The position numbers were made by a program, and so were the translations under genes. Shown one piece after another: positions 28,404-37,571 of a stretch of DNA of 55,936 nt (position 1 is its first letter; every line of letters begins with the position of its first letter). This DNA is from an uncultured Oscillospiraceae bacterium. Its GTDB lineage: Bacteria > Bacillota > Clostridia > Oscillospirales > Ruminococcaceae. The notes beneath the pieces were generated by a model. The model was not told the origin of the DNA. It did not search any database and saw nothing but the letters and a program-made list of their open reading frames with translations. The DNA lies in contig CAYWJF010000002.1 in assembly GCA_964458545.1 (NCBI GenBank), positions 3,504 through 59,439 of the forward strand, written 5' to 3'.

Positions 28404-29636
28404 TTATGTTATCTTGTTTATGTTAAAAGTAAAGCTAAATACGTTTGAACGGTCTAAACTGTTTTCTGGTATCCACTCAAAAGCGATTGTAACCGTTGTG
28501 TCAAGCGAGTGGTCATAGGAAGGCACTAACAACGATAAATCCGTTTCAGTTATCGTAAAAACGCTTCCGTCAAAGGATGAGCCGCCTTCAAGCGGGTAAA
28601 CAACACCGTTATGGGTTATACTTGCGCTTGCAAAATTCGGCGTGCCCTTTGGTGAACTGAAGCTCACCGAGCCCCAGAGTATATAATCTGAATTTACAAT
28701 AAACGAGCTGTCGTTATTCGACGAGACAGTAACAAAGCTCTGCGAGGTCGTAACGGTGCTCGCCGCGCCGTCGAGGGTGTAGCTAACCGTAGCTGTAGCG
28801 GTATTAGTGCCCGCGACGCATTGCGAGGTAAGAAGCGTTGCGGAATATACCAACCCCGAGTCATCCCCATAAATGGAAGCTTCGGCTCCGTTAAAGCTAA
28901 CGGTACAGCCACTAACGACCCCGTCGTTCGGCGTTATCGTGGCGATAAGGAAAATCCCGTCATCGACAAATAGTAGCTCAGAGCTGACCGTCGGCGCAAC
29001 AAGCGAAGGCGTTGGCGGAGGGGAAGGAGCGGGAGGAGGCTCTGGCGCTGGCTCAGGCAAGGGCTCTAAGAGCTCCTCAGTCGGCGGCGGGTCGCTTGGC
29101 GGCAAACCGACATCAGGCGGCGCTTCAGGCGTCGTGGAAGACTGTGAAAGAGCGCCCGCGAGCGACTTCGGCACAAAGGTTTCCTGCTTTAAGGTTGGAA
29201 AGCGGCATACGCCTAAAACTGAGGCTGTGTCGCCGCTTTTTGAAAAGACCGAAAGGATATACTCGGTATCTGGCGTGAGGCTGTCAAATAGAAGCACGGT
29301 TTTCTTGTTTTCGATTTTTCCCGTCTTTACCGTCGCCCCGTTCGTTTCAAGAAGGTAAGAGACGTTAGCCTCGTCTATCTCGTTTTGTTCCCTCTCACCC
29401 GAGGAAAGACTGCTTAAATTAACGTCAATTTTCGCGGTGGTAAGCCCTACGTCCAAAAGCTTTACCCTTGCGGCAAGCCCGCTTATCACCGTTACGGCGG
29501 TTACCGCCGCTGCGGCGGCGATAAGCTTAAGCGTTACCTTGGAGAGCGCCCGCCTGCCCGTTTTTGAACGGTTACCCGTATTATGCTCGTCATAGATATT
29601 GTGAAGCTCACGGTCTTTGTCGTTTGCTATTCGCAA
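28404..29636 (-). CDS. Membrane-anchored hypothetical protein with a Pro-rich linker and Ig/FN3-like extracellular segments.
   Basis: One TM (LIAAAAAVTAVTVISGL). Linker PPDVGLPPSDPPPTEELLEPLPEPAPEPPPAPSPPPTPS. TTG 29636 is preferred (8 nt after AGGAGG) over the track's GTG 29645. Confidence 0.55.
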   Translation of the reverse strand: MRIANDKDRELHNIYDEHNTGNRSKTGRRALSKVTLKLIAAAAAVTAVTVISGLAARVKLLDVGLTTAKIDVNLSSLSSGEREQNEIDEANVSYLLETNGATVKTGKIENKKTVLLFDSLTPDTEYILSVFSKSGDTASVLGVCRFPTLKQETFVPKSLAGALSQSSTTPEAPPDVGLPPSDPPPTEELLEPLPEPAPEPPPAPSPPPTPSLVAPTVSSELLFVDDGIFLIATITPNDGVVSGCTVSFNGAEASIYGDDSGLVYSATLLTSQCVAGTNTATATVSYTLDGAASTVTTSQSFVTVSSNNDSSFIVNSDYILWGSVSFSSPKGTPNFASASITHNGVVYPLEGGSSFDGSVFTITETDLSLLVPSYDHSLDTTVTIAFEWIPENSLDRSNVFSFTFNINKIT

Positions 29637-29672
29637 GAGGCGCACCTCCTTTCATGTAAATTTCAGTAAAGG

Positions 29673-30983
29673 TTAGTCCTCTACGTCAAACGCCTCAAGG
29701 GCTTTCTTTTTCTGGATAGGCTTGCTGTCGCCGTGCTTTACGAAGTACATAGTGACTATGCCCGCTATTTCAAAGAAGGCGGCGTAGGGGAAAAGGTATT
29801 TATAGCCCGCGAACTGAAGCACCGCGCCCGAGGCGACAGGGGTAATTATCTGTGCTGTCATACTAAAGGTGTAGTAAAGACCGGTGTATTTGCCTATTGT
29901 CGCGCCCTTGCTCATCTCCACTACCATAACGAGGGTGTTAACAACCACAAAGGCGTTGCCCGCTCCCGCAAGTATAAAGAGAACATACACTATCGGCGTA
30001 ATAGCCGTCGCGAAGGACGCGCCTATAAAGGCAAGCGCCATAAGCGCAAGACCTATCATTATGGTTTTTCTTCTGCCTATTTTTCCCGCTATCCAGCCGA
30101 CGGGGAGGTAGGCAATAATAGCCGCCACCTGCGCTATAAGAAGAACGGAGGCATAGCCGCCCGCCGACATTCCGAAAACCTCTATGCAGTATTTTGAGAA
30201 CGCCGTGGTTACTGCATTATAGCCCATAAAGAAGAGGGCGACGGTAACAACGATAAGCGCAAGGCTTTTAAGGACATCCTTAGGAAGCTTCTCTTCCGCT
30301 TCGCCCGCGACAGGCTCGGGGTCTTCTTCAATTCCGAGAGTTCTGCTTTCTTCGCGCATAGCGGCAACGGTTTTCGGCTCGTTTATTGTAAGGAAAAGCA
30401 CAACGACGCAGACCACCATAATTCCCGCGGCGATAAGGAAAATAGGCGTGCTGTCGGGCATTACTACGTTGGCTGCGTCCTTGTCAATCTTCGGAATTAA
30501 TACCGCGATAAGACCGAGCATAATCGTTCCGCCGACGGCGCCCATAAGGTTAATAACGCCGTTCGCTTGGCTGCGAAGGGGCTTCGGAGTAACGTCGGGC
30601 ATAAGCGCGACGGCGGGGCTTCTGTAGGTCGCCATAGAGACGAGCACCACGCCGAGGGCGATAAAGAAAAGGATAAAATTCTTCTGGCGCTCTGCGAACG
30701 GAATAAGCACCATAGAAATAACCGCTATCGCCGTGCCGCAAAGGATATACGGCATACGGCGACCAAGCTTAGTGTGAGTTTTATCCGACAGCGTTCCAAA
30801 GAGCGGCAGCATAAACAGCGCGAGTATGTTGTCTACAGCCATTACCGCGCCCGAAACGGTGTCGCCTATGCCGAAGGTATATTTCAGCATCTGCGGAATA
30901 AGCCCGTCGTATACCTGCCAGAAGGCGCAGATAGACATAAAGGCGAGACCTACGAGGAAGGTGCGTTTTTTGTTAAGCTTCAT
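29673..30983 (-). CDS. MFS transporter (sugar/GPH-SLC45-like).
   Basis: 12 TM. GTLSDKTHTKLGRRMPYI loop motif. RBS GGGAG. Confidence 0.75.
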   Translation of the reverse strand: MKLNKKRTFLVGLAFMSICAFWQVYDGLIPQMLKYTFGIGDTVSGAVMAVDNILALFMLPLFGTLSDKTHTKLGRRMPYILCGTAIAVISMVLIPFAERQKNFILFFIALGVVLVSMATYRSPAVALMPDVTPKPLRSQANGVINLMGAVGGTIMLGLIAVLIPKIDKDAANVVMPDSTPIFLIAAGIMVVCVVVLFLTINEPKTVAAMREESRTLGIEEDPEPVAGEAEEKLPKDVLKSLALIVVTVALFFMGYNAVTTAFSKYCIEVFGMSAGGYASVLLIAQVAAIIAYLPVGWIAGKIGRRKTIMIGLALMALAFIGASFATAITPIVYVLFILAGAGNAFVVVNTLVMVVEMSKGATIGKYTGLYYTFSMTAQIITPVASGAVLQFAGYKYLFPYAAFFEIAGIVTMYFVKHGDSKPIQKKKALEAFDVED

Positions 30984-31181
30984 AATTCGCTCCCTAAAAA
31001 TAAATATTCATAAAGAAATAATATCACACTTGCGGCGCGTTTCCAGCGTCTTCCCTAAGATTTGACAAAAAGTAAAAAATTCATTACAAAAGTTGTACAA
31101 TCTGTTGACAAAGAGTGAAAGCTGTGTTAACGTAAACAACAGAATACGATTATTGTATTGGCGCGAACAAGGCGCCAACAC

Positions 31182-31345
31182 AATGATAGAGGCGCGAAAA
31201 GCAAGAGTATTTTCGGCGTAAGGACGAAAGGGTCTGCCGAAAAGAAAGGGCTTTTTGCCGAAGCGGGTGTTTTCCTTTTAAGGCATCTTGCTGGGTCGCC
31301 GCAGAATATGCGGCGGACTGTCACATTATGTGGAGAGCTATCATT
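31182..31345 (+). promoter_or_regulatory. Lysine riboswitch (L-box) aptamer.
   Basis: P1 AATGATAG (31182-31189) pairs with CTATCATT (31338-31345). Conserved blocks in the order seen in the B. subtilis lysC leader: ATAGAGGCGCGA, AAGAGTA, GAAAGGG, GCCGAAG, TGCTGG, ACTGTCA, GGAGAGCTATC. Confidence 0.85.
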
Positions 31346-31390
31346 GGCAAAACAGCATTTTTCTTATTTTTAATTGAGTAAGAAAGACGA

Positions 31391-31440
31391 CCGTGACGCT
31401 TCCGCATAAAGGTGGAAAGTGTTCACGGGCTTTTTATTTT
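31391..31440 (+). terminator. Riboswitch expression-platform terminator.
   Basis: CCGTGACGCTTCC...GGAAAGTGTTCACGG stem followed by GCTTTTTATTTT, 28 nt before the ATG of the binding-protein gene. Confidence 0.6.
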
Positions 31441-31468
31441 ATAAAAATATTTAAAGAGGAAATGAAAA

Positions 31469-32290
31469 ATGAAGAAGATTTTAGCGGTTGCTCTTATCCT
31501 TGTGCTTGCCCTTAGCTTTGCGGCTTGCGGCAAAAAAGACGTACTTAACGACAACGTGCTTACCGTAGCTATGGAATGCGGCTACGCGCCCTACAACTGG
31601 ACCCAGTCGTCCGACGCGAACGGCGCCGTGAAAATTAGCGGCAGCAGCGACTACGCCTACGGCTACGACGTAATGATGGCGAAATACCTCGCAGATAAGA
31701 TAGGCTACGAGGTTGAAATAGTAAAGATGGATTGGGATTCCCTTCCTATGGCTGTTCAGTCTGGTAAGGTTGACTGCGTAATAGCGGGTCAGTCGATTAC
31801 CTCCGAGCGCCTCGAGACGGTTGATTTCACAACGCCTTACTACTACGCCTCAATCTTCGCCGTAACGAAGAAGGGAAGCGCCTTTGAAAGCGCAAAGTCG
31901 CTTGCCGACCTTACGGGCGCGACCTGCACTTCTCAGTTAAATACTATCTGGTACGACATATGCCTGCCCCAGATACCGAACGCCAACATCCTCCCCGCGC
32001 AGGAAACCGCAACGACAATGTTCGTCGCGCTTGATGCGGGTCAGTGCGACCTCGTTGTCTGCGACGAGCCCGCCGCTATGGGCGCTATCGCCGCGAACCC
32101 CAACCTTGTTATGATTGACCTTTCGGGCGGCGATTTCGTAGTGTCCGAAGAGGAAATCAATATCGGCATATCCCTACAAAAGGGCAACACGGCGCTGCTC
32201 GACAAGCTCAACGGCGCGCTTGCCACGCTCACGGAGGATGACTTCAAGTCTATGATGAACGAAGCCATCAAGCTTTCCGCGGAGCTATAA
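31469..32290 (+). CDS. Polar amino-acid ABC transporter substrate-binding lipoprotein (family 3); lysine predicted from the riboswitch.
   Basis: Signal peptide with lipobox LSFAAC. SBP_bac_3-like sequence (GYDVMMAKYLADKIG, DCVIAGQSIT). Confidence 0.85.
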   Translation: MKKILAVALILVLALSFAACGKKDVLNDNVLTVAMECGYAPYNWTQSSDANGAVKISGSSDYAYGYDVMMAKYLADKIGYEVEIVKMDWDSLPMAVQSGKVDCVIAGQSITSERLETVDFTTPYYYASIFAVTKKGSAFESAKSLADLTGATCTSQLNTIWYDICLPQIPNANILPAQETATTMFVALDAGQCDLVVCDEPAAMGAIAANPNLVMIDLSGGDFVVSEEEINIGISLQKGNTALLDKLNGALATLTEDDFKSMMNEAIKLSAEL

Positions 32291-32379
32291 TTAACGCTTT
32301 TCATCTCTAATACCATACTTGCGGCGTCGGGGGCGGTTTATCCGTACCCCGACATAGCCGTCTTTGAAAGGAAAATGAA

Positions 32380-33186
32380 ATGACTAATCTTCCTTCGGGC
32401 TTTCTGGAAAGAATAGGCTACATTATTGAAAACTACGGTGGTTCGCTGCTGCGCGGAGCGGGAACGACGCTGCTTATCGCCTTTGTCGGCACCCTTATAG
32501 GCTGCGTTATCGGCTTTCTTTGCGGCGTGGTAAAAACTATCCCCGTTGCTAAGAAGGATTCAATCGCGAAAAAAATAGTCCTTAAAATCGTAAACTTTCT
32601 TATTGACGTTTACGTCGAGGTATTCCGCGGAACGCCTATGATGGTGCAGGCTATGTTCATCTATTACGGGTCGCTGCTTGTGCTGAAAATAGATATGGAT
32701 ATAATGTTCGCCGCCTTCCTCATTGTCTCAATTAATACGGGCGCTTATATGGCTGAGACCGTTCGCGGAGGAATACTTTCTATAGATAACGGTCAAACTG
32801 AGGGCGCGAAGGCAATAGGTATGAACCACCTTCAAACAATGCTTAATGTAATTATTCCGCAGGCGCTTCGCAACATAATGCCGCAGATAGGCAACAATCT
32901 TATTATCAACATTAAAGACACCTGCGTGCTCTCCTGCATTAGCGTAGTGGAGCTCTTCTTCGCCTCAAAATCGGTAGCGGGCACCTATTATGTTTATTTC
33001 GAGACCTTTACGCTCACAATGATAATGTATCTTGTTATGACGGTCTTTTTCTCAAAGCTGCTTCGTCTTGTGGAGAAGCGTATGGACGGACCTGAAAGCT
33101 ACAACCTCGCCACTACCGACACCCTTGCGCACACAAGCGGAATGACCAACTACATAGAAAAGCCGAAGAAGGAGACGCTAAAATGA
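32380..33186 (+). CDS. Amino-acid ABC transporter permease (His/Glu/Gln/Arg/opine family).
   Basis: EAA-loop-like [27 protein letters not shown] and FRGTPMMVQ. Confidence 0.9.
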   Translation: MTNLPSGFLERIGYIIENYGGSLLRGAGTTLLIAFVGTLIGCVIGFLCGVVKTIPVAKKDSIAKKIVLKIVNFLIDVYVEVFRGTPMMVQAMFIYYGSLLVLKIDMDIMFAAFLIVSINTGAYMAETVRGGILSIDNGQTEGAKAIGMNHLQTMLNVIIPQALRNIMPQIGNNLIINIKDTCVLSCISVVELFFASKSVAGTYYVYFETFTLTMIMYLVMTVFFSKLLRLVEKRMDGPESYNLATTDTLAHTSGMTNYIEKPKKETLK

Positions 33187-33923
33187 GTGAGAATATAATT
33201 AAAATTCAGCATCTCGGTAAGAAATTCGGTGATAACACGGTGCTGCGCGACATAGATTTCAGCGTCAATAAGGGCGACGTTACCTGCATTATCGGCGTTT
33301 CCGGCTCGGGCAAGTCAACACTTCTTCGCTGCATAAATCTTCTTGAAACGCCCACGAGCGGCGAGATACTCTTCCACGGAGAGAATGTGGCGGACGCGAA
33401 GCTAAACGTGCCGAAGTACCGCTCAAAGGTGGGAATGGTTTTTCAAAGCTTCAACCTCTTTGACAATATGAACGTTCTAAAAAACTGCATGGTAGGGCAG
33501 ATTAAGGTTTTAAAGGTCGATAAGGAAACAGCTAAGAGGGACGCGCTCTTTTTCCTTGAAAAGGTGGGAATGGCGCCCTACATAAACGCGAAGCCACGTC
33601 AGCTTTCGGGCGGACAGAAGCAGCGTGTAGCGATAGCCCGCGCGCTCGCTATGAAGCCCGAGGTGTTGCTCTTTGACGAGCCGACCTCCGCGCTCGACCC
33701 CCAGATGGTCGGCGAGGTGCTCGACGTTATGAAGAAGCTTGCGAGCGAGGGGTTAACGATGATAGTCGTTACCCACGAAATGGCGTTCGCTCGCGACGTT
33801 TCCAACAAGGTTGTGTTTATGCATAACGGCGTAATCTGCGAAAGCGGAAGCCCCGAGGACATCTTCAAGAACCCGAAGGAGCAGGAAACGAAGGATTTCC
33901 TAAACCGTTTCCTCAACAGATAA
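33183..33923 (+). CDS. Amino-acid ABC transporter ATP-binding protein (GlnQ-like).
   Basis: Walker [10 protein letters not shown], signature LSGGQKQR, Walker [12 protein letters not shown]. 4-nt overlap with the permease gene. Confidence 0.92.
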   Translation: MSENIIKIQHLGKKFGDNTVLRDIDFSVNKGDVTCIIGVSGSGKSTLLRCINLLETPTSGEILFHGENVADAKLNVPKYRSKVGMVFQSFNLFDNMNVLKNCMVGQIKVLKVDKETAKRDALFFLEKVGMAPYINAKPRQLSGGQKQRVAIARALAMKPEVLLFDEPTSALDPQMVGEVLDVMKKLASEGLTMIVVTHEMAFARDVSNKVVFMHNGVICESGSPEDIFKNPKEQETKDFLNRFLNR

Positions 33924-33927
33924 TTTC

Positions 33928-33961
33928 AGGGGCGGCTTTTTGCCGCCTCTTTCATTTTTTT
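33928..33961 (+). terminator. Intrinsic terminator after the ABC operon.
   Basis: AGGGGCGGC-ttttt-GCCGCCTCT followed by TTCATTTTTTT. Confidence 0.7.
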
Positions 33962-34011
33962 CTTTCAAATTTTTCGACACAAGGAATGGCAAATGCCTAA
34001 ACTCTTTAAAT

Positions 34012-34040
34012 TTGACAAAAGAGGAAGATAATAATAAGAT
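34012..34040 (+). promoter_or_regulatory. Sigma-A-type promoter for pdxK (TTGACA-17 nt-TAAGAT).
   Basis: Hexamers read directly. Confidence 0.4.
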
Positions 34041-34058
34041 TTAAGTAGTAAAGGACAA

Positions 34059-34910
34059 ATGCTTATGAGTAATTCAACGCCGAAAAAAAGAATACTTGTT
34101 ATTGAGGACCTCTCCTTCGCGGGCAGATGTTCCTCACTCATCGCGTCCCCTGTTATCTCAGCGGCTGGGCACGAATGCTGTGTGCTGCCTACAATGCTTC
34201 TTTCCACCCATACGGGCTTTGAAGGCGCGAAGAAGAAGTCTACTATTAATTTCGCGCTAACCGCCGCCGAGCATTATAAGCAGCTTGGGCTTCATTTTGA
34301 CGCAATTTATACGGGATATATGGGCGGCGACGAGGAGCTGGAGACTACTACCGAAATCGTCGATATGCTGCGCGAAAAGGATACGCTTTTAGTGGTTGAC
34401 CCCGCCTTTGGTGACGCGGGAAAGCTTTACAGCGGCTACTGCGAGGATTACCCCGCTCATATGCGCTGGCTTTGCAGTCGCGCCGACGTAATACTTCCTA
34501 ACATAACCGAGGCTGAGTTTTTAGCAGGTGTGCCGCATAGCGAAAACGCTGACCCCGCTTACGCCTGCGCGCTGCTTGAGTCGCTTTTTTCAGTCTGTGA
34601 TACGGGCGCGGCGGTGCTTTCGGGCGTGCGCAACAATAATGAAATAACAGCTGTAGCGAAGAATAAACGAACGGGCGAGAGTGTAATGTGCGGCGAAAAG
34701 CGGGTTAACGCCCACTACTTCGGCGCGGGTGACCTATTCGCAAGCGTCTTCGTTTCGTTACTTGTGAAGTCGGGCGAATTTGCCGAGGCGGTGAAGAAAG
34801 CTTCGGCGTTTACGAGCGCCTGCGTAGCTGACACCTATGCTTTGGGTGGGGCAGACCCGCGCTTCGGCGTTTCCTTTGAGGGTAGACTTTCTGAGCTTGG
34901 CAGCTTATGA
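34059..34910 (+). CDS. pdxK: Pyridoxal/pyridoxamine kinase (PdxK/PdxY family).
   Basis: RILVIEDLSFAGRCSSLIASPVISAAGHECCVLPTMLLSTHTGF, which matches the Firmicutes pyridoxamine kinase N-terminus, and C-terminal GAGDLFAS. The start may be ATG 34065. Confidence 0.8.
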   Translation: MLMSNSTPKKRILVIEDLSFAGRCSSLIASPVISAAGHECCVLPTMLLSTHTGFEGAKKKSTINFALTAAEHYKQLGLHFDAIYTGYMGGDEELETTTEIVDMLREKDTLLVVDPAFGDAGKLYSGYCEDYPAHMRWLCSRADVILPNITEAEFLAGVPHSENADPAYACALLESLFSVCDTGAAVLSGVRNNNEITAVAKNKRTGESVMCGEKRVNAHYFGAGDLFASVFVSLLVKSGEFAEAVKKASAFTSACVADTYALGGADPRFGVSFEGRLSELGSL

Positions 34911-34935
34911 CAAAGAATTTAATCTGATTGTAAAA

Positions 34936-34961
34936 ACCGCCGAATTTCGGCGGTATTTTTT
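34936..34961 (+). terminator. Intrinsic terminator after pdxK.
   Basis: ACCGCCGAA-t-TTCGGCGGT followed by ATTTTTTG. Confidence 0.7.
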
Positions 34962-35053
34962 GCGTTTTACCACAATAAAGTTTTAAAGTATTGAACGCGA
35001 TAATCAATGCTGTTAAAATAGTTGTTAAATAAAAAAAGAGGAGTAATGCAGAT

Positions 35054-35791
35054 ATGGATAACACCTTTAATCCAAACAGCGGCTTTATGTACGCGATTGT
35101 GGCGATAGTCGTCGCGTTCGTAATTGCCGAATCGGTCTATTTTCTTATCCGTGCGGTAAAGCGCGGTAAGCAGATAGGCATGAGCGGAGAAAAAATCAAG
35201 AATATCATCGTGTCCTCGGCGGTCTTTACTATTGCCCCCGCTGTGGCTATTCTCTTGGGAGTAATTGCCCTTTCAAAGGCTTTGGGCTTCCCACTTCCGT
35301 GGCTACGTCTTTCGGTAATAGGCGCGCTTACTTACGAAACCGCGGCGGCGAAAACCGCGGCTGAGGCGGTGGGCGAAAGCATCTCACAGCTTATCACCAA
35401 CGCAAGCAACTTCAGCGCAATCGCGTGGGTAATGACTATTGGAATTATTATTGGTCTTGTGCTGGTTCTGTTCTTCGGCGAAAAGGTTGAAAATGGAATT
35501 ATGAAGATTAAAGCTAAGGACCAAAAGTGGGGCGAAATCTTTATGGCGAGCCTCTTCCTCGGAATGATTTCCGCCTTCCTCGGCTCGGTTTTTGCTGACA
35601 TTAGAAGCGGTCTTGTCGGCTGGATACCCGTTTTTGTAATGATAGTTTCGGCGCTACTCATGGCGGTATGCGGCATAATACAGAAGAAGACGAAGGCGCG
35701 CTGGCTGAGCGATTACGCGCTGCCAATAAGCCTTCTTGGAGGCATGGCGCTTTCCATTCCGATAACGAACCTCGTTACCGCGATAGCTTAA
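35054..35791 (+). CDS. Integral membrane protein of unknown function (possibly DUF5058-type).
   Basis: 6-7 hydrophobic segments. N-terminus with FLIRAVKRGKQIGMS. The family name is recalled, not verified. Confidence 0.55.
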   Translation: MDNTFNPNSGFMYAIVAIVVAFVIAESVYFLIRAVKRGKQIGMSGEKIKNIIVSSAVFTIAPAVAILLGVIALSKALGFPLPWLRLSVIGALTYETAAAKTAAEAVGESISQLITNASNFSAIAWVMTIGIIIGLVLVLFFGEKVENGIMKIKAKDQKWGEIFMASLFLGMISAFLGSVFADIRSGLVGWIPVFVMIVSALLMAVCGIIQKKTKARWLSDYALPISLLGGMALSIPITNLVTAIA

Positions 35792-35804
35792 GGAGGGAAG
35801 AAAG

Positions 35805-36524
35805 ATGACAGAAAAAGATTATAGAAAATCCACCCACCGCATAGGCCGCGTATGGACGGTGTTCGCAATAATTATGATGCTTGCCGTGCCCGCGAGCATA
35901 TGCATAAGGTACGCTTCGTGGCCGAAATTCCTCGATGTGCTTAAAGGACTTCTCGGCGTGCTTCCCGTTTTCTGGACGGTAGGCATAATAGAGTTCTTTA
36001 CCTATGTTCCCATGATGGGAACGGCGGGCTCATACCTCGGCTTTGTTACGGGAAACCTAACGAACCTAAAGGTCCCTTGCGCGCTTAGCGCTATGGAATC
36101 CGCGAAGGTGGAGCCGGGCACCGAGGAGGGCGAGGTTGTGTCCTCTATAGCTATAGCGGTATCAGCTATCACCACGACGGCGATAATAGCTATAGGCGTG
36201 CTGCTTCTAAAGCAGATACAACCCATACTCGATTCACCCGTTCTTCAGCCCGCGTTCGATAACATTCTTCCCGCGCTTTTCGGCGGACTCGCCGTTGTCT
36301 ATGTTTCCCGCAACTGGAAGATAGCGCTTGCGCCGTTGCTCTTTATGGTAACGCTGTTTATCGCGCTTCCCGTTATAGCCGAAAAGGGTCTTGTCGGCAT
36401 AATGGTTCCCGTCGGCGCGGTCGTCGCGATTGTAGTCGCAAGAATACTTTACAAAAAGGGACTTCTTAACGACGCGGAAAAGGTCAAGGACGCAATGCTT
36501 GAGGAGCTTGAGGAAAAGAAATAG
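35805..36524 (+). CDS. Integral membrane protein of unknown function, partner of the preceding gene.
   Basis: 6-7 hydrophobic segments. 13-nt gap with RBS GGAGGGA. Acidic C-terminal tail. Confidence 0.55.
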   Translation: MTEKDYRKSTHRIGRVWTVFAIIMMLAVPASICIRYASWPKFLDVLKGLLGVLPVFWTVGIIEFFTYVPMMGTAGSYLGFVTGNLTNLKVPCALSAMESAKVEPGTEEGEVVSSIAIAVSAITTTAIIAIGVLLLKQIQPILDSPVLQPAFDNILPALFGGLAVVYVSRNWKIALAPLLFMVTLFIALPVIAEKGLVGIMVPVGAVVAIVVARILYKKGLLNDAEKVKDAMLEELEEKK

Positions 36525-36543
36525 AAATACTTTCTTTCTGAGA

Positions 36544-36689
36544 ACCGCCGTGTAAAGTTCACGTCAAACAGCAAACGCCCCGCTTTACGCGGGGCGTTTT
36601 TGGAGATTTCTTCAGCCGAGTGCCGCTGTGTCAACATTCGTAGCATACAGCAAACGCCCCGCTTACGCGGGGCGTTTCTCTATACTCTT
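36544..36689. repeat. Two tandem ~79-nt units, each a degenerate copy of the nagB 3' end plus a terminator hairpin (ACGCCCCGC-loop-GCGGGGCGT at 36575-36597 and 36654-36675).
   Basis: CAGCAAACGCCCCGC(T)TTACGCGGGGCGTTT occurs twice, 79 nt apart. GCCGAGTGCCGCTGTGTCAACATT (36615-36638) mimics the nagB terminal GCCGAGCGCCGCCGTGTCAACGATT (36696-36720). Confidence 0.65.
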
Positions 36690-37415
36690 TTATTTGCCGA
36701 GCGCCGCCGTGTCAACGATTATCGTCGCGTTCGGGTGAAGCTGAAGTATCGAAGCGGGCACCTTCGGCGTAACGGGACCGTTTATCATAGCGTCTACGGC
36801 GTAAATCTTTGCGGCGCCCGTCGCTATAAGCACGACCTGTTTTGCGCTCATTATCGTCTTCATTCCTACGGTAAGCGCACTCTTCGGCACGTCGTCTATG
36901 CTTTCGAAGAAGCGGGCGTTAGCCTCTATCGTTGTCTTGTCAAGTGTAACGTGGTGGGTGCCGGCGGTGAAAACGTCATCGGGCTCGTTAAAGCCAATGT
37001 GACCGTTCGGACCAATGCCTAAAAGCTGAATATCAAGCCCGTCGCAGGTCGCCTCCTGAAGCGCGTCGTATCTCTTGCATTCCGCCTCAACGTCAGATGC
37101 CATACCGTCTTCAATGTTGCAGTTGCTCTGGTCGATATCGACGTGGTCGAAGAGGTTGTCGCGCATAAAATAGGCGTAGCTCTGGTCGTGGGTCTTGGGA
37201 ATTCCGTAGTACTCGTCAAGGTTAAAGACCTTGACCTTCTTAAAGCTTATCTCGCCCTTCTTGTTCATCTCGATAAGCTCTTTATAGGTGCCTATCGGCG
37301 TGGAGCCTGTCGCGAGACCGAGAATGCTGTCGGGCTTTTTCTTAAGCTGTTCAGCGAAAATCTCCGCGCATTTACGGCTGGCGTCATTGTAATCGTTGCA
37401 AACTATTACCTTCAT
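36690..37415 (-). CDS. nagB: Glucosamine-6-phosphate deaminase.
   Basis: MKVIVCNDYNDASRK..., LGLATGSTP, NLDEY and GIGPNGHIGFNEP motifs. ATG 37415 with GGGAGA RBS is chosen over the track's 37532. Confidence 0.9.
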   Translation of the reverse strand: MKVIVCNDYNDASRKCAEIFAEQLKKKPDSILGLATGSTPIGTYKELIEMNKKGEISFKKVKVFNLDEYYGIPKTHDQSYAYFMRDNLFDHVDIDQSNCNIEDGMASDVEAECKRYDALQEATCDGLDIQLLGIGPNGHIGFNEPDDVFTAGTHHVTLDKTTIEANARFFESIDDVPKSALTVGMKTIMSAKQVVLIATGAAKIYAVDAMINGPVTPKVPASILQLHPNATIIVDTAALGK

Positions 37416-37464
37416 AAAAATCTCCCACACAATAAATTTGGATACTCTTCGTGGCAATAGAAAT

Positions 37465-37493
37465 ATTTTAGCACTATCGCTTTTTCTTGTAAA
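37465..37493 (-). promoter_or_regulatory. Sigma-A-type promoter for nagB (TTTACA-17 nt-TAAAAT on the minus strand).
   Basis: Hexamers read on the reverse complement. Confidence 0.4.
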
Positions 37494-37571
37494 CACAAAT
37501 TTGCCTTCAGCGCTTATTGCAAAGCCTTCCATTTATATGATAGACTTTAAGAAAAAATTACGGAGTTAATA

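Noticed and set aside
37416-37532. N-terminal 39-aa extension of nagB as drawn in the ORF track.
   Set aside because: NagB homologues start at MKVIV... The internal ATG 37415 has a GGGAGA RBS, and a promoter-like TTTACA-17-TAAAAT lies inside the supposed extension.
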